Positions 24,501 through 33,942 of a stretch of DNA of 64,000 bases are shown here, piece after piece. The notes under the pieces were generated by a model. That model saw nothing but the letters and a program-made list of their open reading frames with translations. It ran no database searches and was not told the origin of the DNA. The position numbers and the translations under genes are program-made. This stretch comes from Bugula neritina (lineage: Eukaryota; Animalia; Bryozoa), in the NCBI GenBank assembly GCA_964035545.1, contig OZ037769.1:6677929-6741928 (forward strand), read 5' to 3'. Position 1 is the first letter of the stretch; each line of letters starts with the position of its first letter.

Positions 24501-27500
24501 ACTCAGTATTGTTAAAGGGTTTTCCATGCTATTGACAAATAAAATTGTACACTTAGGTCAAGGTCAACTGATTAGAAGCAGATTTCGATTTGCTGTTTCA
24601 CTTACAAGCTTTTCTAGTTTTCCTTAGTACAATATTTTTGTTTTTCTGCCTAAAAATGTTTAGCTCAACTGCCATATTTTTATTTTGCCATCTCCACAAT
24701 CAGAACTAACCATTTTACGGAAGTTTTAGATGAAAAATGGTACAATGCTCACAAAAGAAGGCTTTTTATTGCTGTCCACATATGTGGACATCATGCAACA
24801 ATTGAAGTGCTGGACGTCCACATATGTGGACAGTATGCAACTAGTAGTGCATTCATTGTTGAATAAAAAGTGATTTTTACCAACTTTTGGTGTGTTGTTA
24901 CAGTCTTTAGTCATAATTCTGTTCGCTTTGACTTTTTTTAAAAAAATTAATTTTGTCTCTACAAGTTCAAAATGGCTGCAATTATCAAAACAATAAAATT
25001 TGTGGGCTTCCAAAGCAAATTTGGAAGCTGTTTTCTCTATATTATTTAGAAGTGACAAGGAAAGCTAGCTATAAACTTACTAAACCACCTCTTTACTTTC
25101 CATTCACAATTTCTTTGGAATAAAACAAAAATTTGAGAGTTTTACTTGAATTGTCAGTAACATTGCTACCTCAAAAAGAGACATAAAGGAAGAAAACTAG
25201 ATATAAGTGCCATATATTGGTAGTACATTGGCAAATATATAATATTTTACACTATCCTGAAAAAAGACTACATAAATTCTCAACCTCAGATGATCTAAAA
25301 GAGCATCTAAAAACCAAAAATCTTGATTTTTTTGTGTGAAATGACCTATATTTTGACTTTGCCTACTAATTTTGTCGAAACAGTGATGCAACTGATATAC
25401 TGTTACTATATCAACACAGTATACAAACTCTAAACACTAAATTTGGAGGGAAACAGAACAATTTGCATACTAAACTTTTGCAAAATTGTAATTTTGTCCA
25501 CATATGTGGACAATGACATGACTCAATAAATGCATGGCGTCCACATACATGGACAGTAATTATTTTTCAGGATTTTTTAGATGAAAATTAAAAAAAGTTA
25601 TAAATTTATGTTCAGAGACATGTAATCAAATAAATTAGGCAAAATAATTTGAAAATTTGCTGTTTAAATATAATTCATGCATGAAAGGGTTAAGGTGGTC
25701 GGTGGGATTAATGAGAGTGGTCATATAGATGCTGCTTTTCAGGTAATTCATATAGAATTGTATTTTATGATTACAACCCAAACAAAAAATAGTAATATAT
25801 ATTATGTTATTTTGTAAATAATTGTAAAACCGTTTATTGTAGTCTAATAATGAAAGCACCGGCAGAAAAGTGGCAGATGATATGAGTAGGAGCATTGCCC
25901 AGGTAAGTACTGTTTTTAGGTTTGTTTATATTGCTTTTATGCATAAAAATAAATTACTTTTTGTATGATTGTAGATTATTTTGGCTAATCCTGAGATTTT
26001 CAGTGCAGACAGTGAATGCAGTGACAGTGAGTTGGATGATGTGTTGGCAGAGTTTGATGATCCATGGGATGTTCTGTAGTGCAAGAAACATTGATTTAGT
26101 TTTTTCATTTATTGTTTATTTTATGTTGAAATAAAGTTTATTTTTAGTGGTTACAATAGGGCTCCTGGTGAACCTTCCACTTAAAAAAAGGATAACGCGC
26201 CTTTTTGCCTACCCCTAGGGTGGTGCGGAAATGGCACGTTTGCGAAAATGCCAGTTGTGCTTATACCAACAGCAAAATATGACAAGATGCTAGCATGCTT
26301 TTAATCAAAGCATGAAATTCAACATTTAAAATCACAGGCTGATCAGAGGCCATTCAAATTTTATGAAGCTCTTCTTTATCTTGCGACAGGGACGTTGCGT
26401 CATGCATATGAAAGACCCCCATGGTAAATAACCCTACATATTAGGGTACAGCAAATCCAAACACCCTAACAAAATGTAATTCTGTGCATTTCCATACCTA
26501 AATACAAGAATATATGACATAAAAAACCTAAATATTTAATTAATTACGTTACGTCATGCATATGACTGAACCCCCATTCAATTGAAATTTAGCAATATAT
26601 TTGAATTCAGCATAAAAAATAACCCCTATCAAGCTGAAAAATAAACTTCCCGACAAAAGGTATAAAATATAATGCATCAAAAACAATATTGTGTATTTTC
26701 ATTACGTTGCGTCATAGTCATGCTTGACCCCCTCCCCTCTAATCAAAATTTAACTTGCATATTCAAATTCAGCAGGTAAAAATACCCCATGTAAGCTGTT
26801 TAAAAAAATATAGACTCAAATATAATTTTCACTATTTTGTTTTGTACTAAATAAACTGGACTGAGCCATATATATACATATAGATATATAGACATATATA
26901 ACTGTATTACCTTACATGTTACATTCATAACTGTTATGATGATTTTAGATGATTCAGAGTGGTTGGTTAGATTCAGTAAACCGGTTACTATTCATGGATG
27001 TGAAGTTACAGAGTGGAGACTGGTTAAAGACTCTTTCATATATGCTTGCCTCTGCCGTATACACTCTATACTCTTCCATAGGCCTCACGTAAGCCATGGC
27101 GTTTGTACAAGTAGAACTTTGATCCCATTCGCAGACTGATTTACAGTCTTTAGCATTTAGTAGAATTTTTTCATTGCCTGTGTTATTATTTGATTGGTAA
27201 GATTGGGCAAGGAACCAAAAGTGGTTGTCCTTTAATATGCATCTGATGCACTTGCCAACCAGTTTGGTATAGTGCCACATTAGATGGATTTTCACATTGA
27301 CCACTGACAGAAAATTTTATGCGGGAAATTACTGAACAGCCGGTGCAAAAGGTCTCTACGGATTGGCTGATTGTTCTATTAAGCAGGCCTACTTTTCTCA
27401 TTTCAGCTGTACGTTTTTACACTTTATCGAATTATTTTTGCCATTTTCAAAGCAGTATAAGGAAAATTCTCTCAACAGGCGCTGCATGATAGCACACTTA

Positions 27501-30500
27501 GCTATGAAATCAATGATGAGCAGTGAAGTTAAATGCAAATTATATCATTGGTAAATTTCTAATCTTGCTGGCAGCACATGGTGTGTGGCAAGTAACTATT
27601 TTACAAGATTCTTACGTATGCGGTTTCCACTCGGAAATTTGTCTAATGGGGCCCCATGTTGTTTTATTGAAACAGTCGACCTTTCTTATATATAATTATA
27701 AGTCCAATAAATTAGTGACCTTTACCTGTAATGTTCACAAATACTGGATATGTATTGTAGGTAGTAATATACCATGTGATCACTGTGTCTCAGTCATACC
27801 AGCACCAAGTGATGCTCGCCATACTGAATGACATGGTGTGTCTGTTACACAAGGAGGTATTTAATAACTGTGGTACTTGATACTGCTACTCTATACCTAC
27901 TTATCAGCATACACATGTATATTGATGAGTAAGTATAGCTTAATGAGTTGACACTTGTACTGTTACTTTAGACCTACTTATCAACATGCTCTTGTATAAA
28001 GTTTAATGATGACTTGTCACATCGAAAGCATATGTGAAGTCGCCATTTATACTCATTTATATTGTCAAACTTCCTAAAACATGATATAGTGTTATTGCAC
28101 TGCCACACTGCAGCTGTGTGATTTAGGGAAAGATAACTCACAATACTGTTGAGATGGGAGTTGTGAAGTTGTCTCCTGCTGCTAGTGGTGTCCAGCAGTA
28201 TATAGAAAGTAGAAGAAACTATTTAGTAGCCTCTTCCCAAGAGAAATTCGGTCCCATCAATGTCACCAGTAAGTAATTTCATTGCGTATCAATATGTGTG
28301 TTGGCTAACCTATAGGAATCAGGTCAAATTATTTTTTTAGTTGCCATTTGAACTAAATCTACAAAGCATGTAATTTATTCCTCCATCAGAGATCCTGCAT
28401 ATTACAGATCTTTAGATTTAAATCAACTGATAGCAAAATTTGTAGTTTCTGAAAGAATTAATAGAGCCTTTAAAATGTTGACTTTTCAACTGGAAAAGGT
28501 ATTTGAATTTTCTCGAGTTTTCTCAGTATGGTTATGTAGCACTAATTATGATCTATTTTGTGAAATATTATTCCCATTTGAAAATCGCCATTTGAAAGTT
28601 CTGTTTTTATTTCTTTATTATGTAGAGGTTTTATGTTATTAGCAAGCTATTGTTAAGTTTAAGATGCCAAATCTCACATTTTAATTCACCAGAAGTTGTG
28701 AAAAGCTAAAAAATAAGTAGGCCTATGTAATCCAAATTAAAGATTGTATTGTATAAAATCATTTATACTGATAATTCACCAATACTCACCAAGTTTAAAA
28801 ATAGTTTTCTTACCACATACATTGAATGGATAAGTTGTTTCTGAAAGACAAGTTGAACATAATTTTTGGTATTTAAAAATTTAGTTAGAAAATGAGGTAG
28901 TCTTTAGGATTAAAGTGAATTTTAAACTAATTATAGGAAAGACTGTTTAGTGTCTCTCACAACTGCACATGCATCCTCATAGTAACAGTTTCCTCTTGTA
29001 AATACAGGTGGAGGTTTCTGGCAGCAGAGAATCGCTGAATTGACTCTGGCATCAATCAAGTTTGAGCTGCTTTCTCGTTCACCTCAACAGACAGTTTCCA
29101 TAGCAACTGAAGATGGCGGCAGCTGTGATGTTAAAATTGGCTCCTTTGTGATGTACAACTGCTCTCGTATTGCCACCCTCCTTAATAACTTCAACAAGTC
29201 AGTGGAACTAGGTACGCGTAAACTAAGAGGTCATTGTGTTGATCAGGTGTCCCATTGTGGTCAATTTTCAGCCATAGCTACAGCTCATAGCTATAATGGA
29301 GTGGTGTCATTGTATGCATTTCATATGAAATGAAGTTATAAGCCATCTATGGAGTTGAGTTTTTCTCAGGAGTTGTCTATACATCCAACTAAAACGGGGC
29401 ATTATTTTGGGTCTTGGGACCACAATTGTGTTGAATAACCATAGATGTAGATGGTCAGCTGTCACCTTCAGACTTGCTAACTAGAAAATGCATGAACATT
29501 GTAACAAGGAGTTATTTCTCTTGGTTCTGTTACATTAGATTACTGCTTTTGGCTTTATAATATACTCTCGGTATTATATTATATTTTATTATTATTAGAG
29601 TTTAATGTGTTAACTAAACAACTAATAAGTAGCTCTAGGGGGTAAAAAACTAATCGGCCGTTCATTTCCCAGTGCATGCATTAGTTAGCATATCAGTGAG
29701 CACAGAGCCAATCACAGCTCTAGCTTCTTCTTACAGCAGTTCATCAGACCAGCATCAAGAACATACGCCCCTTGAGAAATATTCTCCTTCTTCATGTTTT
29801 TCTCTGCCCTTCTATATTCCTTTTCCTCCTCTGCATATATCTTAGTAGGGAAGTAATTTGTGCAGCAGCACTACTTTACGGCGTACATCAGTATATTAGT
29901 ATACTCATGTGTATTTGTTGCAGGTACCTACCCGGAGTTGTCTACTTTCCAGGACACTGACCTGTCCCTGCTCAAAACCCAGGTTAGGATTACCAGGTCT
30001 TTTCTCTGGACTATAGATTGAGTTTATAATATCACGGAAGACTCCAATACAATGCAATGATGCTCATAACCTTGTCCAGTGATATAACGATAGTACAGCG
30101 CTCTCTTCCGTATCTCACTAATCTGTGCTTCTCAAAACCTCAGTTTGTGACAATGTAGAATACCAGAGTTTACTCACAGATCAGTCAACTTCGGCCATTT
30201 TGTCTCTATACACACATACATAAGCCACAAAGCGGGGTCCAAGCCCTTCTCGTGACCTGTGGAATTTTCATGAGAAATGGGACTGCATGATATGGAAGGA
30301 GCACGCATAATTAGTTGAGCATCTTTCTATACTGGTTGGCATTTTTAGGATGAGTGGATACTTGTGTTTCATTACATCAACGTGTATCCAGTCCTAGTGT
30401 CAGATCTAATCTCAACTACACGTGAGGGGGAGATAAGTCTAGTACCTGGCCGCCTTTCTCAGGTAGTTTATTATGTATACTTACATTGTAGTGGCCACGC

Positions 30501-32468
30501 TCTAAGAAGTTTTGCAGTTGCTCTTAGTCTAAAACAAAGAGTTGTCTATTACCTCTTTATAGTCTGTGATTGTGTTTATAATGTTGACTCTTCTATGCAG
30601 TTTCGAGGCTTGAATAGAGAAATTAAATGCCACTAGCCTAGTGTAAGCACGTTGTGTATTTTATTTTCTTTTATGGAAAATGTAGATTTCGTGTAGAGTG
30701 TGTTTTCATGATACAAGACAATACATGTCTTGTATGTTGAAAGATATATTTCAGTAAGATGAAATCGATCTGAAATCAAAGCAACTGACAATCATTAGTT
30801 CTGTATAAGTTTATAGACCTCATAGCGAAGTGCCATTATTCATTCGTTCCAGTTTTTAGTTGCTAATTTAGCTTCAAATTCTGCAATTTGTTCTGTGTAT
30901 ACTCAACTCTAAAGGCTGGCGGTGTGACATGGGAATTGCCTTACCTTGTTTTAGATAGTGAAATTTCTACACAGTTTCTGCCGTGATTTTAGCACTTATT
31001 ACAGCAGAACACATATTTTGGGCGTAAGTTGTTAGCTTTACTTTTTTTTCCAAATTGAATTATCTTTCGTAATGAAAATGAAACTAACGTACTGCTTTAT
31101 CGTGATGAATCTCGCTCTACCATTGCTTTAGTTCTCACAGTATTTGAATACTTTATATGGATTTTAATTAGACCCATTGTCATTTATATGTATAATTAAT
31201 ATGTAACGTGACATGTACTATAATTAGAATAGTTAAAGCACTTTCATAGCTTTCTCAGGGTTATGTATGTAACATATAATTATAAGTTTCTACCTTCTTA
31301 CTAGCTTCTACTGCCTGCAACAGTGTTCAATTTACTGTTGAGTAATTTGTAATTATACGATGTTAGTTTCAATTGTGAGCAAACAGTAATACGCAGGTTC
31401 AACCAGTAGGTTAACCCATTATCTACCCACTCAAGAAGTTGCATCAATTACCAACCTAATTGGATACGATATCAGGTTGCTTGTAAAGAGCACCTACAAG
31501 CACTTAACCTTGATTGACACTTTTCTACATGCTGCAGAGTTTGAATTAAAGCAGAATAATATTCAATAAATGGACTGAAAATATATAAGAAGTTTCCATT
31601 GCACAAGTACAGCCACATATTTAATAGCTAGTATTATTTTGTTTTATTAGTGTATATTTTGTATAAGCGTCGGATGTTGGGTCATTCAGTTTGCTTAGAA
31701 GGGTTCACTATAACAAAAAGTCGTTTTTTTATCAAATAACTATCTGAACACATTTAAGAAAAGTGCAAAAGGAAATTATTACAGCCCATCCTAGAATTTA
31801 GACAAATTGATTAGCTGATCCTAATTATTTTATACCTGAGAAAATAAATTATTGAACACTATTCAATATACTGGTAAATACCAATAACTAATAGTTTGTA
31901 AATATAAAAACAATATGTTATATTTATAAGCTAATGCATCGCAGTAGTCTCCTGGAAACTGAAAAGTCTAGATTTAAATTATACAAGTCTCATATTGTTG
32001 CGCCAGAAGCTTCCATCTCACAGAGGTGGTTTTAATACTTCTCAGTAGTTCCTGTAATGGGTGGTCTAAAACCACGTCTATATAAAATATATAGAGTGTA
32101 AAATATATAGTGTGTAAAATATATAGAGTGTAAAATATGTAGAATGTAAAATATTCTATAGAGTGTAAAATATTCTATAGAGTGTAAAATATATAGAGTG
32201 TAAAATATATGGAGTGTAAAATGGTTAACCTTCGTGCTATATATCAGGTTATTGTAGGTTTTGATGTAAATATTGTTTTTCTACGGCTGCTGATGCTAGC
32301 CCTTACCAGTTAGGGTTTACACTGAAACTGTATTTGTGTGTTACACAGGAACCTCATGCCCACTTAATGCCTCAGATGATGGCCAGACTCTGGTTGGTGA
32401 AGATTGTCTACCAGGTACTGGTTGATGGCCTGTCATTGCTGGACATTTCACCATATGACTCTATGTAA
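1..32468 (+). CDS. DALRD3: DALR anticodon-binding domain-containing protein 3 (multi-exon; 5' end may lie upstream of window)
   Basis: GT-AG exons in compatible phases: 28127-28268, 29008-29211 ([12 protein letters not shown]...[13 protein letters not shown]), 29924-29982 ([17 protein letters not shown]), 30349-30462 (DEWILVFHY), 30955-31023 ([16 protein letters not shown]), 32349-32468 ([17 protein letters not shown]...stop). These match DALRD3 C-terminal motifs (FVMYNCARLATL, DFSxYYxRxHILGEPxxHL). Upstream exons 1-205, 26949-~27088 and a probable short exon near 27455-27527 are assigned only by splice phase and are less certain. Confidence 0.85.
240..676. repeat. AT-rich minisatellite (~20-27 bp units, ATTAGTTAGTATATAAAACTGTATA-like)
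   Basis: Many degenerate tandem copies; the same motif resumes at 15051-15230 and briefly at ~26895-26910, so the array was split by later insertions. Confidence 0.9.
677..785 (+). repeat. Maverick left terminal inverted repeat
   Basis: Reverse complement of 14943-15050 with about 10 mismatches in ~108 nt by manual alignment. Confidence 0.92.
1050..1545 (-). pseudogene. Maverick adenain-like cysteine protease, disrupted
   Basis: Minus-strand fragments GSYWVAI (catalytic-His motif GxHWxA, His mutated), YFDLYGL (FDSYG) and [12 protein letters not shown] (QxxxSxxCGxYC). Confidence 0.8.
1545..2719 (-). pseudogene. Maverick major capsid protein (double jelly-roll, PY/hexon-like), frameshifted
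   Basis: ORF pieces 2510-2740 (ELDLFSV...[17 protein letters not shown]), 2279-2497 ([19 protein letters not shown]...[12 protein letters not shown]), 1964-2266 (GRL...FNQSRYL....LNIKL.R) and 1651-1869 (ISKEEF....LFAFD.TPD) are collinear with Polinton MCP. Confidence 0.88.
2780..3136 (-). pseudogene. Small basic Maverick virion protein with QRGxG motif and amphipathic helix
   Basis: Reconstructed across a stop and a frameshift: ..[61 protein letters not shown]..; its ATG overlaps the penton stop (ATGA, 3133-3136). Confidence 0.7.
3133..3883 (-). pseudogene. Maverick minor capsid protein (penton, PX), frameshifted
   Basis: N-terminus [20 protein letters not shown]; C-terminus [24 protein letters not shown]...EYVPV....[28 protein letters not shown], typical of Polinton pentons. 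Confidence 0.85.
3997..5455 (-). pseudogene. Maverick retroviral-like (c-)integrase with C-terminal chromodomain, interrupted by a solo LTR
   Basis: N-terminus [17 protein letters not shown]; [11 protein letters not shown]...DVVRMSK | KHIFSKSY...W..E.F; chromodomain-like FTVESILD....[17 protein letters not shown]. Confidence 0.88.
4294..4719. mobile_element. Solo LTR (426 bp) inserted in the Maverick integrase
   Basis: TGTCACAA...TTGTGACA termini (TG...CA with 8-bp inverted ends) flanked by the 5-bp direct repeat TATTT (4289-4293, 4720-4724); removing it rejoins integrase RMSKY-KHIF. Confidence 0.8.
5580..7012 (-). mobile_element. RTE-clade LINE fragment (end of APE to mid-RT), truncated at both ends
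   Basis: [10 protein letters not shown] (end of endonuclease), [63 protein letters not shown]; several frameshifts. Confidence 0.88.
7013..7210 (-). pseudogene. Maverick A32-like packaging ATPase fragment (Walker B region)
   Basis: [10 protein letters not shown]......[21 protein letters not shown]....ISSNTHYM matches the Polinton ATPase hhhhDD / HH.N.S / TQN motifs. Confidence 0.82.
7210..13250 (-). mobile_element. BEL/Pao LTR retrotransposon remnant (leader/LTR, gag, protease, RT, RNase H; integrase and 3' LTR lost)
   Basis: Gag 10429-11634 and 9850-10500; zinc knuckles [21 protein letters not shown]; CGGCKCGKC motif; degenerate YVDD (HVDR near 8205-8220); RNase [10 protein letters not shown]...AKSRVGP...TPQL.L.AAVLA; WVSGE.N.ADWITR. 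The upstream LTR boundary is uncertain. Confidence 0.85.
13270..14700 (+). pseudogene. Sola1-like DDD transposase, N-terminal half, intron-containing and disrupted
   Basis: [15 protein letters not shown]; LPGRVPG....[11 protein letters not shown]; [10 protein letters not shown]; H...A....YY....LHLSFDFAQ (first catalytic Asp), followed by a GTAAGG donor-like site; probable intron ~14397-14534. Confidence 0.6.
14943..15050 (-). repeat. Maverick right terminal inverted repeat
   Basis: ...GCAAAAACTTCAAGGAGTAATAGGGCTATG...GGTACCAAATGTCTCTACTATACTACT pairs with the left TIR. Confidence 0.92.
15051..15537. repeat. Minisatellite continuation plus (TA)n/(CA)n microsatellites
   Basis: AACTGTATTAG-type units followed by long (TA)n tracts. 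Confidence 0.95.
17264..19970 (-). pseudogene. LINE ORF2 (AP endonuclease + reverse transcriptase), about two frameshifts
   Basis: CLTETHL, RKDR..HGGGV, YYRPP, GDMNMP.IDW, NTLDL, SDH; RT motifs [23 protein letters not shown]; frameshifts near 19030 and 19700. Confidence 0.9.
19969..20997 (-). CDS. LINE ORF1 protein with PHD finger and coiled coil
   Basis: Intact 342-aa ORF: CKTC...[15 protein letters not shown]...KWFCNTC; [12 protein letters not shown]; RPRPIKVEF; VFVKPD.SKE.R. Confidence 0.85.
   Translation of the reverse strand: MPALDDETDKPAETLCKTCKEADCYMSGRNSKGKQHKINTRWVNCDLCHEWYHGMCQDLQNADVSFLDKNDKKGIKWFCNTCCPQIESASIGNEDASLGSLAVIAANTAASEKLSNIESLIKNMTTANNSLEMRMEKLEKSYAEAVKTNDEGMRKTQEIKRSAQAILQKHPETNQHEARKKNAILNGIEEKEEMTTLNQVKDLMKNYCFQHSDAQPDRQPKSAIRLQTSGPVDPNRPRPIKVEFTSEASKWEFIKRANASLRSLNVFVKPDESKEKREEQHALRQRIRDLKHSPDTDKEYRIRSLKIQKKDPVSGEWREVSIGLHSNNQDSPTLQNSNLMTV
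22487..26079 (+). pseudogene. Sola2-type transposase, spliced and disrupted
   Basis: AD[F]AENY (frameshifted), VQSAYY...[50 protein letters not shown] form a DDD triad; basic N-terminus from ATG 22487 carries stops; short acidic 3' exons at ~24121-24326, 25695-25742, ~25843-25902 and ~25975-26079. Confidence 0.75.
24410..25689. mobile_element. piggyBac-like non-autonomous element (1.28 kb)
   Basis: TTAA TSDs (24406-24409, 25690-25693), CCCTTTCATGC...GCATGAAAGGG TIRs, five internal GTCCACATATGTGGAC-type palindromes. Confidence 0.88.
30096..30306. mobile_element. Old Tc1/mariner(pogo)-like MITE, copy 1
   Basis: TA-CAGCGCTCTCTTCCGTATC left end; shares the internal blocks CAAAACCTCA..GTGACA..GAATACCAG and GGGTCCAA.CCCTTC with 40515-40695. 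Confidence 0.55.
32085..32222. repeat. ~16-bp tandem repeat (GTGTAAAATATATAGA)
   Basis: About 8 direct copies. Confidence 0.9.
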
Positions 32469-33004
32469 CATAGTATAGCATGTGACATAGTATATCATGT
32501 GACATTGTATAGCATGTGACATAGTATATCATGTGACATTGTATAGCATGTAGCATAGTATAGCATGTGACAGAGTATAGCATGTGACAGAGTATAGCAT
32601 GTGACATTGTATAGCATGTGACATAGTATATCATGTGACATTGTATAGCATGTGACATTGTATAGCATGTGACAGAGTATAGCATGTAACATAGTATAGC
32701 ATGTAACAGAGTATAGCATGTAACAGAGTATAGCATGCGACATAGTATAGCATGCGACATAGTATAGCATGTAACAGAGTATAACATGTAAAAGAGTATA
32801 ACATGTAACATAGTATAGCATGTAACATAGTATAGCATGTGACATTGTATAGCATGTGACATAGTATAGCATGTGACATAACATAGCATGTAGCATAGTA
32901 TAGCATGTAGCATAGTATAGCATGTGACATAGTATAGCATGTAACAGAGTATAGCATGTAACATAGTATAGCATGTGACAGTATAGCATGTAACATAGTA
33001 TAGC
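32463..33004. repeat. 17-bp minisatellite (ATGTRACATAGTATAGC) beginning at the DALRD3 Met-stop codons
   Basis: About 30 copies; the first unit starts ATGTAA, which is the last codon plus stop of DALRD3. Confidence 0.95.
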
Positions 33005-33942
33005 GTATGAAAGTTAGCTGCAGAGTCAGCCTGTAGAAGTAGGTTGACCTGGTAATTTAAAGTACCAGCCTATTGGGTGCAAATCATTGTTACTTGGTAA
33101 AGATAGCAAGTGATGTACATATTACATATACATGACATATATATTATAGTATATGTGTTACATACATATTACATATACTGCTATAGTCCAGTGTAAGAAA
33201 CATGGTGGAGGGTGTGATACAATATACTCTCTTCTATCTCCAAGTTATTTTGGTGATATCACGTTGGTGTTGGACACTTCCTAGAATACTTGTGTAATGT
33301 ACTATTATTCTTATATTGAAAATGTTGAAAATAATGGGTATGGATATTATTGATTTTCATTTACGAATTTGTCTGTTTATGTATTGGAGATATTGTTTCA
33401 ACAATTGATGGTACTACATGATGTATTTTTGTTATCTATTTTTAGACCTAATAAATAAAAATTATTCAGTATTTATTTTTTAATCTTCTAAGTAGCAGAA
33501 TTTCATTTTTTCATCAAATATCTTCGCTGCCGAGGCTGTCTATGTCAGCCCTTGTCGGCATCATTTCACATACTCTGGCTTTCCAGCTTTCATTTCAATG
33601 AACTTTGCTGCCCACGTTTGCCAGTAGTTTCCTTCAATAATCAATATATTGCTGTGTTCACTGCCGTCTACCTCGTTTCCATTGATATTGATGTGCTAAC
33701 ACTATAATCTGTGTTGAAACACTTACATTTTCTGTTTGTTAATGTAGCCAGCTAGGTAATCTTGGTGTACTCAGTATGTAAAAATTGATTGTATAAATTC
33801 TAAAGTGAACTTTAAACATTGCGTTATTCAGGTGCGATTGTGTGCCGCCATTGCTGCATGAATTCATATCCTTCCTTACATCTTTCAAACTACGGCCTTG
33901 CATTGCATTCTTCACTGAAAACTTGCAACTAGAACTTATAGA

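Larger units (their letters stand above)
15538..26867 (+). mobile_element. Sola2-type DNA transposon (11.3 kb including nested inserts)
   Basis: 27-bp TIRs GGCTCAGTCCAGTT(C/T)ATTTAGTACAAA at 15538-15564 and 26841-26867 (1 mismatch); ATAT on both sides within a (TA)n tract; internal transposase pseudogene. Confidence 0.8.

Noticed and set aside
24426-25555. Spaced palindromic repeats as CRISPR or operator array
   Set aside because: Irregular spacing and enclosure by TTAA-flanked TIRs identify them as transposon subterminal motifs.
32461-32996. Three overlapping Cys/His/Tyr-rich ORFs
   Set aside because: Products of the 17-bp minisatellite read on the minus strand.
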